64,000 nt of DNA from an uncultured Chloroflexia bacterium (GCA_963791725.1 CAWBTQ010000006.1:111519-175518); one strand, 5' to 3'; counted from the stretch's first letter, positions 36,692-46,467 are shown. The notes: generated by a model from the sequence alone, not told the origin. Program-made: numbers and translations.

Positions 36692-37459
36692 CTATGACCG
36701 GCGCGCCAGGACAAAGACCGACGGCCCGGGCGTGATCGAACCGAGACGCTCCTGAAGCGGAGCTTCGAGCCGGGCCAGGGCGTCGGGGGGAAGCCTTCTG
36801 GCCACGCCGGGGAGCCGGAAGAGCGAGGCGGCTCGCATCCGTTCGACCTTGAACCCGGCCGCGCGCAGAGCTCGCCGAACCGTGACCGGGGCGTGGTCGT
36901 GATGCAGCTTCTTGTACTCGACCGACCCGAGCCCGAACGGCGACCAGCTCTGTCGTCCCAGGAGCCGGCGCGCGATCGACTTGAGGTTGCGCTTGTTGGC
37001 GTACTCCAGCACGAGCATCCCGCCCGGACGCACGACGCGTCCGAGCTCGGCGATCAGGGGGGCCGGATCGGCGAAGTGGTGGAGAACTCGGACGCAGACC
37101 GCGGCGTCGAAATGGCCGTCGGGGAAAGGCAGCGCGAGCGCGTCGCCGACGACGATCTCGTAGCGGCGATCGCCACCGAGGGTCTCGAGGGCGGCGGCTA
37201 CGTGAACGGACGATGAATCGAGCAGGAAGACCCGATCGTATCCAACGTACTCACCGGCCAGTCTGCCGAAGCCCGCTCCGACCTCGATCAGCCGGCCGCC
37301 GGTCGGCGGCAGTAGAGCCCGCAACGCGATGCGATCGCAGGCGTCCTCATAGGTGCGGGCCATCCAGAACACGTCTCGATACCCGAGATCCTCGTAAGTG
37401 GCGAGAGGCTCGGACGGCGGGCTGGAGGCGGTCGAAGGATTGGACACGTCGCTGCTCAC
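36692..37459 (-). CDS. Class I SAM-dependent methyltransferase
   Basis: LIEVGAGFGR, GDALALPFPDGHFDAAVCVRVLHH, RVVRPGGMLVL. Confidence 0.92.
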   Translation of the reverse strand: MSSDVSNPSTASSPPSEPLATYEDLGYRDVFWMARTYEDACDRIALRALLPPTGGRLIEVGAGFGRLAGEYVGYDRVFLLDSSSVHVAAALETLGGDRRYEIVVGDALALPFPDGHFDAAVCVRVLHHFADPAPLIAELGRVVRPGGMLVLEYANKRNLKSIARRLLGRQSWSPFGLGSVEYKKLHHDHAPVTVRRALRAAGFKVERMRAASLFRLPGVARRLPPDALARLEAPLQERLGSITPGPSVFVLARRS

Positions 37460-37481
37460 GGAGATGCGACTCCGCAGGGGG

Positions 37482-37658
37482 TCAGGACGGACTGGCCGCG
37501 CCGACTGCCCGACGGTGGACGGCGAAATCGTCGGCGTTCCCCGACCAGCCGCAGTCGCACCGAACGACGTTCGTGCGAGCGTTGTACTCCTCGATCAGGT
37601 GTGACTTGACCGGTCGGAGAGGGTTCGGTGCGACCGCCGTGCGGACTGGCCGAGCCAT
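37482..37658 (-). CDS. Small (58-aa) putative zinc-finger protein
   Basis: Strong SD GGAGGAGG 4 nt before the ATG; RCDCGWSG...F..H motif. Confidence 0.7.
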   Translation of the reverse strand: MARPVRTAVAPNPLRPVKSHLIEEYNARTNVVRCDCGWSGNADDFAVHRRAVGAASPS

Positions 37659-37952
37659 GGTTCCTCCTCCATCTCCCAACCCTGACGTCGCCGCCGCGTT
37701 CGATCGATGGGCGACCGCCGCCAGACGAAACAGCGGACACTCAGACACGGCCACGCCAGTTGGGAATTCGCCTCCATTCTAGCAGAAGGAGGCTCCAGCT
37801 CGATTCGACGCCATCTGGCCGGCGTCTGGCGGCGGGGCCGAACTCTCAACGCTGCCGACACATTGGCTCCGCCTGTAATTCAGAACCCACGGTCGCGGGT
37901 CCCGGGCCTTAGAATCTGGCTCAGAGAGGAATTACTCCCCGGGGAGCCCAGC

Positions 37953-39029
37953 GTGCCCGTGGAACTGTTGATTGGGATCATCGTTGCCAGCGTGGCCGTG
38001 AACCTCACGCTACTGCTGTGGCTGTCGCGAGCGGATCACGTCAAGGTTCGCTGGTCGCGGTCCGGCGCCAATTCGGTCCTGGCGCGCCCGCCCGAACCGG
38101 AGTCTCAGCCCCTCCGACGGCGTGCGCTCTACGTGGCTGTACCGCCGTCGCTCGCCGGTCCGGTGCCCCCGACGGTGTCCGAAGGTCCCCATACCCCACT
38201 GGTCGAGATGCTGCCTCCCGAGCTTGCCGAGTTCGTCTCCCGGCCGGCGACGATTTCGGAGCACTCTAACGGCTTCGACCACACGGCTTCGCGCGATGGC
38301 GCTTCCCCAACCGAGCAGCCTGCGCGGCGCCCCGACTGGCGCGAGCGGCGCCAGATCGTGACTCGCTTCTCGACCGCCGAACACGACTCCCACGGCCACC
38401 TGGATCCACTCACGCGTGTAGAGGATGTCGAAGGCTGGAGCCGGATCGTGGCGGTTGAGAACGCGCGCCTGCTCCGTTACCGGAGGCCGATCGCCGTCGT
38501 CCTGGCCGAGCTCGAGGGTCTGCCGCGGCTGTCCGAACGCCTCGGAGACGGGGTCGCGGATCGATTACCGCCCGTGATCGCCGACGCCTTCCGGCGAGAA
38601 GCCCGCACGTCCGATTGGGTCGCTCGAATCGGCCCCTGTCGTTTCGCCACAATCCTTCCCGAGACGAGCGAGACTCAGGCCATCAACTACGTCGAGCGGA
38701 TCCGAATCGCGTGCGAACCCTGGCTGGCCGCCGCGGCCGTACCGTTGCGCCTGGCCATCGGCTGGTCCGGCCCGACCGCCTCGTCGGACCTGGAGTTCGC
38801 GGTCCTGCGGGCCGAGGAGAGGATGGACGCCGACAGGCGGATGGCGGGCAAGGCCATCCTGCCGCTAATCGGAGTTCCGCCTGCCGAAACGGGCAGGTCG
38901 GGGGAGTGGTCCAGCTTACAACCGGGGCAAAACCCCGTTCCGGCTCGGTCGGGCGATGTTTCGAGAGGAAAAGAGCATCCGGACCCGGCCCGGTCGAGGT
39001 CTGCGCCCCTCGGCGGAACGGACGTCTGA
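37953..39029 (+). CDS. Membrane-anchored protein with a degenerate GGDEF domain
   Basis: N-terminal TM; DPLT..., R..D.VARIGPCRFATILPET at the GGDEF position; LAIGWS...RAEERM. Confidence 0.85.
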   Translation: MPVELLIGIIVASVAVNLTLLLWLSRADHVKVRWSRSGANSVLARPPEPESQPLRRRALYVAVPPSLAGPVPPTVSEGPHTPLVEMLPPELAEFVSRPATISEHSNGFDHTASRDGASPTEQPARRPDWRERRQIVTRFSTAEHDSHGHLDPLTRVEDVEGWSRIVAVENARLLRYRRPIAVVLAELEGLPRLSERLGDGVADRLPPVIADAFRREARTSDWVARIGPCRFATILPETSETQAINYVERIRIACEPWLAAAAVPLRLAIGWSGPTASSDLEFAVLRAEERMDADRRMAGKAILPLIGVPPAETGRSGEWSSLQPGQNPVPARSGDVSRGKEHPDPARSRSAPLGGTDV

Positions 39030-39207
39030 ACCAGGGCCGTGACTTTCGTTCGCACCCGCAAGACCTATCTGGTCACGCCCCGGAGCGGGGTGTAGGCTGC
39101 GCACGTTCTCAACGGCCTGAGGTCCGTCATGCAGGCCGACAGGAGCGTGGTAGCCAGACGGCCCGCCACGGGCGGTGCGCGTCCAGTTGGAGAAGGAGGC
39201 TGTACTC

Positions 39208-39681
39208 GTGCTACAGGAAATCTGGGCGAAAATCTCGGCTCGCGAGCGCTTCGTCGTATACGGCGCGGTGGCCATGCTCGTCGGCTGGCTGGTGGGCCAG
39301 TTCATCGCAACCTTCAACCCTTGTGCGGGCTACAACCTCGGAAATCTCTGCCCACTCTCTTCCTTCAGCTACTTCAGCGCCGGTAACGCGGGCACCTTCG
39401 CGCTGATCGGCCTCCTCGCCGCAATCGTGGCGGTTGTGGTCGTCTATCTCAAGGTTGCGCCGAACATGAACATCAACTGGCCCATGCCGGTGGCCCAGGT
39501 TCTGTTGGGCGTGTCGGGTCTGGCGCTCATCTGCGGCGTCCTCGTGGTCCTGATGCAGGTCTCGTACGGCCTGGGCGACGCCCCTGTCACGATGTGGCTG
39601 GCCGACGTCATCTTCATCGCCGGCGGCGCGGCGATGGCGTACTTCTCCTATCAGGAGTACCTCGGCACCAAGGCCGCGTAA
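39208..39681 (+). CDS. Hypothetical 4-TM membrane protein
   Basis: SD AAGGAGG 8 nt before the GTG at 39208; four hydrophobic helices; ends at a terminator. Confidence 0.8.
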   Translation: MLQEIWAKISARERFVVYGAVAMLVGWLVGQFIATFNPCAGYNLGNLCPLSSFSYFSAGNAGTFALIGLLAAIVAVVVVYLKVAPNMNINWPMPVAQVLLGVSGLALICGVLVVLMQVSYGLGDAPVTMWLADVIFIAGGAAMAYFSYQEYLGTKAA

Positions 39682-39692
39682 CCCTCGCGAAC

Positions 39693-39734
39693 AAAGCGGC
39701 GGTCGCCTCCGGGCGACCGCCGCTTTTCGTTTCT
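39693..39734. terminator. Bidirectional intrinsic terminator
   Basis: aaagcggcggtcgcc-tccg-ggcgaccgccgcttt followed by tcgtttct, between convergent genes. Confidence 0.9.
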
Positions 39735-39747
39735 GCGAGGTGCTTGA

Positions 39748-40062
39748 TTACTGCGCGTGGACGACGCGGAAGCAATCGGAGCAGTAGACGGGCCGGTCCA
39801 TGTGCGGCTTGAACGGCACCTGGGCTTGATTGCCGCAGCGGGTGCAGATTGCCGCGAAGTACTCTCGCGGTCCGGCGTTGCCGGGTTCGCGCCCGGAACC
39901 CTCGGCCGAGTCTCGCATTGATCGTCGTGAAGCCCGGCAGGTCGAGCAGCGTTTGGGGTCCGAAACGAACCCCTTGAGGGCGTAGTACTCCTGGTCCTCG
40001 GCTGAATGGACGAACTCCGCGCCACAGTCAACGCAGGTCAGGTTCCGATCGACGTATGTCAC
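39748..40062 (-). CDS. Zinc-ribbon protein (zf-trcl plus CxxC-x17-CxxC)
   Basis: DRNLTCVDCGAEF..SAEDQEYY..KGF..PKRCSTCR and CTRCG...VPFKP...PVYCSDCF. SD GGAGGAG before the GTG. Confidence 0.92.
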   Translation of the reverse strand: MTYVDRNLTCVDCGAEFVHSAEDQEYYALKGFVSDPKRCSTCRASRRSMRDSAEGSGREPGNAGPREYFAAICTRCGNQAQVPFKPHMDRPVYCSDCFRVVHAQ

Positions 40063-40473
40063 GATTCTCCTCCCGGAGCCGCGTTTTCCGGGCCGACGGT
40101 CTCGTGACGGGCGAACCGAGATGGCGCCGGGCCGCGTTGGGGCGCTGGGAGGCTATTGCGGATCCGGTCGACAGTCTTCGATTCACTGATGCCTGTCCGG
40201 GACGCACCGGCAGGGCGGCAGGATAGCACCGAGTCCGGCCGGATTGAATGAGCGTCCCGGTGGGTCGGACAGGGCCGCAGGCAGGCCCGAGAGGCATCCA
40301 ACTGCATTGCGTCACGGCCCCTTGAACCTGGCACAATCGCCAGCGTCGGTTCGTAACCGCGGCGCGGATGCTGCGGCGTCGGACTGGGCGCTTCGATGCT
40401 GCGGCAACCCGCGAAGCCTCAGTGGTTCGGGCGCGAATCCGGGTAGTCGGGGCGCAAGAGGAATTCCGGTCCG

Positions 40474-41688
40474 ATGCTGCGCTTGCTACACACAGCCGAC
40501 GTCCATCTGGGCGCCCGGCACACGGACCTCGGCGAACGCGCCGCCGTCCTGCGCGAGCGCCAGTTCGCCGCCTTCAGGGCCTCGGTCGAACTGGCGATCG
40601 TCGAGAAGGTCGACCTCTTCCTCATCGCCGGCGACCTGTTCGACTCGAATACCCAACCGCGCCGCTCAGTCGAGCGCGTCGCCGCGGAACTCGGCCGCCT
40701 CGCGGGTGCCAGCATCCGCACCGTCATCATCCCCGGCACGCACGACGTCTACGACGGCTCGTCGATCTACCGCTCGTACGACCTTGCGAGCATGGCCGGC
40801 GCGTCAGGCGCGTCAGGCGCGGCCGGCGACTGGGTCGTAGTGCTTACGCCGAGCGCGCCCGAGGTGGTCTTCCCGCCACTCGACGCGATCGTCTACGGCC
40901 GAGTCTTCGATACGAAGCGCTCGCCGCGCAGCCCTCTCGCGGACCTCGATGCGCGGGCCGACGCCCGCGCCAATTGGAAGATAGGCATGGTCCACGGTGC
41001 CCTTTCGATCCCCGGCCGCACCGATTCGGACTCGGTGGTGTTCACACAGGACGAGATCGCCCATACCGGCCTCGATTACCTCGCCCTGGGCCACTGGCAC
41101 TCCGCATTCGGCGGCCGCGCCGGAAACGTCGAGTACGCCTACTCCGGCGCCCCCGAGCCGGTGGCGGTGGACCAGGACGGAGCCGGCCAGGTGCTGCTGG
41201 TGACACTCGACGAGAGGGCCGGCCGCCACATCGTCAGCGTCGAATCCAAGAGGGTCGGCCAGACCTGGGCGGAGAAGCTCGACCTGGACGTCAGCGGCAT
41301 CCACGGCCAGCCCGATCTGATCGACATCCTCGGGCGCCACGCCGATCCGAACCTCGCCTTCGACGTCCGTCTGACGGGCCTCTATCCGGACGAGCTCGAC
41401 CTCGACCTCGACGAGATCGAGCGGGCGCTGTCGCCGTCCTTCCTGCGTTTCCGCCTCCGCAACGATTCGATCCCGGCCTCGCCCGACGCGGCCGCCCCAC
41501 CGCCGGACACGGTTCTCGGGGCCTTCGTCCGAACCGTCGATGAGCGCATAGCTGAGCTGGAGGAGATCGCCGCGACCCGTGGGCTAGGGGCCGACTCGCC
41601 CGAGCCGGATCCGGATGAGCTGGCCGATATGCGCGAGGTCCTGCGACTGGGCCGGCACCTCCTCGAAGGCCGCCAGGTGACCCTGTGA
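40474..41688 (+). CDS. sbcD: SbcD/Mre11-like metallophosphoesterase nuclease
   Basis: LHTADVHLG, IAGDLFD, PGTHD, GMVHG, LALGHWH, YSGAPEP. Confidence 0.88.
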   Translation: MLRLLHTADVHLGARHTDLGERAAVLRERQFAAFRASVELAIVEKVDLFLIAGDLFDSNTQPRRSVERVAAELGRLAGASIRTVIIPGTHDVYDGSSIYRSYDLASMAGASGASGAAGDWVVVLTPSAPEVVFPPLDAIVYGRVFDTKRSPRSPLADLDARADARANWKIGMVHGALSIPGRTDSDSVVFTQDEIAHTGLDYLALGHWHSAFGGRAGNVEYAYSGAPEPVAVDQDGAGQVLLVTLDERAGRHIVSVESKRVGQTWAEKLDLDVSGIHGQPDLIDILGRHADPNLAFDVRLTGLYPDELDLDLDEIERALSPSFLRFRLRNDSIPASPDAAAPPPDTVLGAFVRTVDERIAELEEIAATRGLGADSPEPDPDELADMREVLRLGRHLLEGRQVTL

Positions 41689-41704
41689 TCCGGGACGCGG
41701 ACCG

Positions 41705-43984
41705 ATGAGGATCACCCGGGTCCAGCTGCACGAGTTCGGCCGGCATCGCGATCTGGACATCGAGCTGGCGCCCGGCTTCACCATCATTCGCGGCCCGAAC
41801 GAAGCCGGCAAGTCGACGATCCAGCGCGGCCTGGAGCTGGCCCTTTTCCGCAAGCCAACAGCATCAGGCGCGGAGATAGAGGCGCTGCGGTCGTGGGATG
41901 CCGACGGAGATGAGCGCTCTCGCACGCGGCTCGAGTTCGTGATGGACGACGACCCCAGGACCGACGTCGAACCGCCGAAGGGCGTGCTGGAGAAAGAGTT
42001 CCGCGGCCAGCGCGGCCGTGTGTCGCTCGAATTCGACGGCCATTCCTATACGGATCCGGCTCGAGTCGATGAGGTCATCGCCGATCTGGCCGGCATCCCG
42101 AACGAGGCATTCTTCCGCTCGACTGCTTCGATACGACATGAGGAGCTGGACGACCTCGATCGCGACGAAGGCGCGCTGCGGGACCGCCTGCAGGCCAGCA
42201 TCGGCGGCGGAGACAGAGGTTCGTCGCGAGCGAAGGGCCGCCTCGAGGACGCCATACGCGTCCTCAAGTCCCGCGGCGACAAGAATCCGGGGCGGCTCAG
42301 GATCGCCGAAGAGGCCGTTGCCCGAGCCGAGCTGGCGCTCAAGAACGGCGAGGCGGCGCTGGAGAAGCTCGAGAGGGATCGCGACGCCCTCGCCCAGGCC
42401 CGAGATGCGCGCCTGCGAGCCGACGCCGCGCTGGGCGAGAGCCGGAACATGCTCGAGGGCGCCCACCAGGCCGAACGACTCCGGTCGGACCGAGCGGTCA
42501 TAGCCGAACGCTTCGAGCGCTACCGGCAGGCCGCCGAGGCGCAGCGTCGGCTGGCGGAGCTAGAAGCCATGCCGGAGAGGTCCATTTCCGGGTTGCGCGA
42601 GCAGCTCGACCGGATGCGGACGCTGCAGAGCCGCGTCTCGATCATGCGGGAGACGCTCGAGGACGACGTCGGTCCGGAGATCGAGCCGAACGAGCCCGAG
42701 CCGGACTACCTTCGGCCGCTGGCCGCCGCGCTCGTCATGCTCGCCCTGTCGGCCGTCTCCCTCTTCCTGGGCGTGGCGATGCCGCTCCTGCCGGCCATCG
42801 TGATCGGCGTCGCCCTCCTGGGCCTGGCTGCGGCGCTGGGGTATCGAGGCTGGCGACGTCGCTCGATGGCGGCGAACGTCCGAAGGACCAACAGCGCCCG
42901 CGAGCGCGATCGGAATCTTCGCCGCCAGGGCCGGGTCGGCACCGAAGAGGGCTTGCGCGTCGCGGAATCCGGACTGGAGAACATCCTCCGGGAGTTGGGC
43001 GTGGCCGACGTCGAGTCGGCGGAGAAGCTGCTCACCGAGGATCAGGCCAGGCGTCAAGAGATAGCGACGCTGCAGGTGCAGGTCGCGGCGTTGCTCGCGG
43101 GTCAGAGCGGCAGCGTCCTGGAGCTGCGCGACAAGGCCGCGCTCGAGATGGAGCAGAAGCAGGCCGCGCTCAATTCGCTCGGACCGATAGCCAACGACGC
43201 GCGGGCCAGGGAACGGCTCGAAGCCGAGGTGCGAGACCGCCACGCGGCGTTGGAGCGGGCTCGCGACAGCGAAGCCGCAGCGGTCGCCCGCGTCGAGGCG
43301 AACACCGTCGACTCGGAGCAGGTCGCCGGCGAGGCCGAGCGGCTGGTCACCTGGCAGGGCCAGCTGGCTGCGCTGAAACGACGCATTCGAATCTACGAGA
43401 TGACCCTCGCGGCGATCGACGCCGCGGAGAGCCGCACGATGCGGAAGGCTACCCGCTTCCTCGAGCAGCAAGTCGGCTCCGACATCGCCCGGCTGACCGG
43501 CGGGCGTTACCGGCGCGTCCTGATCGACGACGCGACGTTGGACATCAAGGTCTGGACGCCCGAACGCGGAGACTGGATCGCGGCCGGCCTGCTGAGCAAG
43601 GGCACGGTCGATCAGGTCTTCCTGGCGGCGCGCATCGGGTTGGTAAGGCTGGTCACCGGGGGCAAGCACCCGCCGTTGATCCTCGACGACCCGTTCGTGA
43701 CCTTCGACGACGCCCGGGCGGAAGCGGCGGCCCTGCTGCTGCGCGACCTATCCTCGGACTTCCAGGTGATCTACCTGGCCTGCTCGAACCGCTACGACCG
43801 ACTCGCGGATGCCGTCGTCGAGTTGCTCGGGCCGGCCGACGCCGAATCCGAAGGAGCGGCGGCGGACGGGGTGCCGGCCGCGCCCGGACCGGCCGCCATT
43901 ACGGGCTCCGAGGCAGATGCAGCCGCCGCCGCGGACCGCGCGGCCGTTCCCGCGCCCCCCGATCGCGATCTGGCCGAGTCGTAG
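41705..43984 (+). CDS. Rad50/SbcC/YhaN-like coiled-coil AAA ATPase
   Basis: Walker A GPNEAGKST, signature LSKGTVDQ, Walker B LILDDPFVTFD, long coiled coils and a central hydrophobic hairpin. Confidence 0.9.
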   Translation: MRITRVQLHEFGRHRDLDIELAPGFTIIRGPNEAGKSTIQRGLELALFRKPTASGAEIEALRSWDADGDERSRTRLEFVMDDDPRTDVEPPKGVLEKEFRGQRGRVSLEFDGHSYTDPARVDEVIADLAGIPNEAFFRSTASIRHEELDDLDRDEGALRDRLQASIGGGDRGSSRAKGRLEDAIRVLKSRGDKNPGRLRIAEEAVARAELALKNGEAALEKLERDRDALAQARDARLRADAALGESRNMLEGAHQAERLRSDRAVIAERFERYRQAAEAQRRLAELEAMPERSISGLREQLDRMRTLQSRVSIMRETLEDDVGPEIEPNEPEPDYLRPLAAALVMLALSAVSLFLGVAMPLLPAIVIGVALLGLAAALGYRGWRRRSMAANVRRTNSARERDRNLRRQGRVGTEEGLRVAESGLENILRELGVADVESAEKLLTEDQARRQEIATLQVQVAALLAGQSGSVLELRDKAALEMEQKQAALNSLGPIANDARARERLEAEVRDRHAALERARDSEAAAVARVEANTVDSEQVAGEAERLVTWQGQLAALKRRIRIYEMTLAAIDAAESRTMRKATRFLEQQVGSDIARLTGGRYRRVLIDDATLDIKVWTPERGDWIAAGLLSKGTVDQVFLAARIGLVRLVTGGKHPPLILDDPFVTFDDARAEAAALLLRDLSSDFQVIYLACSNRYDRLADAVVELLGPADAESEGAAADGVPAAPGPAAITGSEADAAAAADRAAVPAPPDRDLAES

Positions 43985-43993
43985 GAGGAAGCC

Positions 43994-44320
43994 ATGTCAG
44001 AGGAGATTCCCCAGGGCCTGGCCATCGAAAGTATCTGGGTGGTTGAAGCGACGCTCGCTGCCGATGCGGCCGAGCGGCGGCCGGCCGTCCGGCCCGAGCA
44101 TTTGAGCAGGCTGGCCGGGCTTCGTGCGGCCGGCACGTTGCTCGAGGCAGGCGCGTTCGCCGACATGTCGGCATCGCTTCTGCTCGTCCGGGCCGTGAGC
44201 GAGGAGGCGGTCTCGAAGCTGGTTCGGGAGGATGTCTACTACCGCTCGGGCGTCTGGTCCGGTTTCCGCGTGAGGGCCTTTGGGCGGATGGCCAGGCTCG
44301 ACGAGCTCACGCACGGCTGA
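43994..44320 (+). CDS. YciI family protein
   Basis: RRPAVRPEHL..L...GTLLEAGAF...SLLLV...DVYYRSGVW. SD GGAGG. Confidence 0.85.
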   Translation: MSEEIPQGLAIESIWVVEATLAADAAERRPAVRPEHLSRLAGLRAAGTLLEAGAFADMSASLLLVRAVSEEAVSKLVREDVYYRSGVWSGFRVRAFGRMARLDELTHG

Positions 44321-44405
44321 TCGCCCAGAAGCGAGAGCGGTCTCCGCGCCGGCGCGTCGGGTCGGGCGTCAGTGCGGCCCCACCCGACAGACGCTGGGAC
44401 GGGTG

Positions 44406-45332
44406 TCAGGGAAAGGCGATCGTCGCCGTCAGGTTGGGTCTCCCGGCGTCGGCGCTGTCGTTGTAGAGGGATATGCGGTAGGTCTTCGCCGACTCCACCG
44501 CATGGGAGTACTGGGGCGACACCGAGCCGGCAGCGGCGTAGGCCATCGAATCCACGGGCGACGGAGTCGGCCCGCTGACGTCGGTGAGCGTCAAGGTCGC
44601 GTGCACGATCGCCGGCGGCCAGGCCGCATCGAATGTGACGTTGCCGGCGATCCGTGGCTTGAACGTCGCGACCAGCGAGCGAAGGGTGTCCAGGTTCGGC
44701 GAACCCTGGAAGCGGCAGTTGGTGGCTGTGATCTGAGGATGGTCGGTTGGCCAGCCGACGGCCACGTCCACGGTCGGTGACGACTCGTTCGTCGAGAGGA
44801 CGGTCACTTTCCAAGTCGTCTGAGCCGCGGACGCGAACCCGTCTACGCCAGGCATAGGACCCGAGCTGCACTTGGCCGGCAGCGCGTCCTGGGTCAGGCA
44901 GATCTCCGACGAGTCGTTCAGCGAAGTCGCGACCACATGAGCGGAGACCGCCCCGGGACCGTCGCTCACGAACGTGAAGGTTCGAGGAGCGCCGGCCGGA
45001 TCGATCGATGGATCCAGCTTCAGGCCGTTGAATGTGATGGTCGCCGTGGGCGAGGTCTGCGAGGGCCCTGCTGTGGCCGTTGGCGCCGTCGACTCATTCG
45101 CTGTGACGACAGGGCTGGCTGAGGGCGAATAGGGGGTGGGAACGAGAGAAGCCGTCGGAACGGCAGCCGAGCTGTCGCCCGGGGACCCGGCCGGCGCCGC
45201 AGGCGTGGCCGGACCTCTCAGCAACCAGGCGGCGCCGGTGAAGCCGACGACGAGCGCAATGAGCAGCGCGAGTGCCGGCCCGGCTCGCCGTCGCCGCCTC
45301 ACCCTTCTCAGGTCGCCCAACTGGACCTCCAC
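44406..45332 (-). CDS. Membrane-anchored extracellular protein (paralog 2)
   Basis: Arg-rich start, single TM, Ser/Thr/Pro linker, beta-rich domain. Confidence 0.8.
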   Translation of the reverse strand: MEVQLGDLRRVRRRRRAGPALALLIALVVGFTGAAWLLRGPATPAAPAGSPGDSSAAVPTASLVPTPYSPSASPVVTANESTAPTATAGPSQTSPTATITFNGLKLDPSIDPAGAPRTFTFVSDGPGAVSAHVVATSLNDSSEICLTQDALPAKCSSGPMPGVDGFASAAQTTWKVTVLSTNESSPTVDVAVGWPTDHPQITATNCRFQGSPNLDTLRSLVATFKPRIAGNVTFDAAWPPAIVHATLTLTDVSGPTPSPVDSMAYAAAGSVSPQYSHAVESAKTYRISLYNDSADAGRPNLTATIAFP

Positions 45333-45376
45333 TCATCGCGTCGGAGCGAGCTCCGGCGAACCATCAGGTGTGTATA

Positions 45377-46276
45377 TCAGGGGAAAGTGATCTGCGCCGT
45401 CAGATCAGGACGCTCGCTGTCGGCGGAGGTGTTACGCAACTCCACCAGATAGGTCTTGGTGTTGTCGACTTTCGCCGTGAATGCCGGGTTTATGTAGGTG
45501 GCGCCCTGGTACTGGCGCGTGTCTACGGTGACGGAGGGCGCGCTCGTCGCGTCCATGAGCGTCATGGTGGCGTCCGCCGTGACCAGCGTCCACGTGGCCT
45601 GGACGTTGACGGCCCCCGGAGCGCGAGGCTTGAACGTGGCGCTGAAACCGTTCAGCGACTCCGGAACGCCGCTCGTGGAGCTGCCCTGGAATCGGCCGTG
45701 GCTCATCGTGATCTTGGGCGATGCGGTCGGCCATGTGAAGGTCACATCGACCGTGGGCTTCGAGGTGCCGTATCCAACCACGGTGGCGGTCCAGGTGTTG
45801 TGACCGGGGTCCGACTTGCCCTTGGGGAAGTTCGGCAGCTTGCCCGCGCCGCCAACCTGGCAGGCGAACGCGCCGGCGTCGACCTTTATGCACAGTTTGG
45901 CCGTGCCGCCGGCCGAGATCTTGGTGACGGCGAACGTGACGGACCCGGCGCCGTCGCTTATGAAGGTGAAGGTTCGCGCGGTGCCCTTGGCGTCCTTGGC
46001 CGCGTCGAGGCCCAGGCCGTTGAAGGTTATGGTCGCGGGGCTGGGCACGCCCGGAGTGGGCGTCACAGCGAGCGTGGCGCTCGCCTGCGAGGCGCCGCCG
46101 GATGGCACGGCGCCGTTGCCCGAGCCCGATGCCGCGGCCACGTCCGTCGCTCCTGGCTCGGCCGTGGGAGTCGAGTCGCGGTGGCCTACGATCATCAGGG
46201 CGCCGGCCACGCCGATGAGCAGCGCGCACACCACGCCCAGCACGATCGATACGTTTTTCCAGACTCTATCGTCCAC
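45377..46276 (-). CDS. Membrane-anchored extracellular protein (paralog 1)
   Basis: GTG at 46276 with an upstream AGGAG; single TM, linker and a domain similar to the 44406..45332 protein. Confidence 0.8.
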   Translation of the reverse strand: MDDRVWKNVSIVLGVVCALLIGVAGALMIVGHRDSTPTAEPGATDVAAASGSGNGAVPSGGASQASATLAVTPTPGVPSPATITFNGLGLDAAKDAKGTARTFTFISDGAGSVTFAVTKISAGGTAKLCIKVDAGAFACQVGGAGKLPNFPKGKSDPGHNTWTATVVGYGTSKPTVDVTFTWPTASPKITMSHGRFQGSSTSGVPESLNGFSATFKPRAPGAVNVQATWTLVTADATMTLMDATSAPSVTVDTRQYQGATYINPAFTAKVDNTKTYLVELRNTSADSERPDLTAQITFP

Positions 46277-46467
46277 CGGGCTCCTCCTGTCCGATCCATC
46301 CACCCTCGGCGATGGACGTGCGAAAGATACCGCCTGGAGGCCCGATGGGGATAATCGGGGCGTCATCCGCCTCGTCGAGCCCGGTCGGCGCGCGGCCGCG
46401 CCTCCGGGCTGGGTGCCTTCGTCCCAGCCGGCAAGCCGGTCCTTTTCGGCTCCGCTAGGCTGCCCGG

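Noticed and set aside
36611-36700. C-terminal Cys-UGA of the TrxB-like protein as a Cys-Sec motif
   Set aside because: The downstream hairpin has a CCC loop unlike a bacterial SECIS, and readthrough would add an implausible 26-aa tail.
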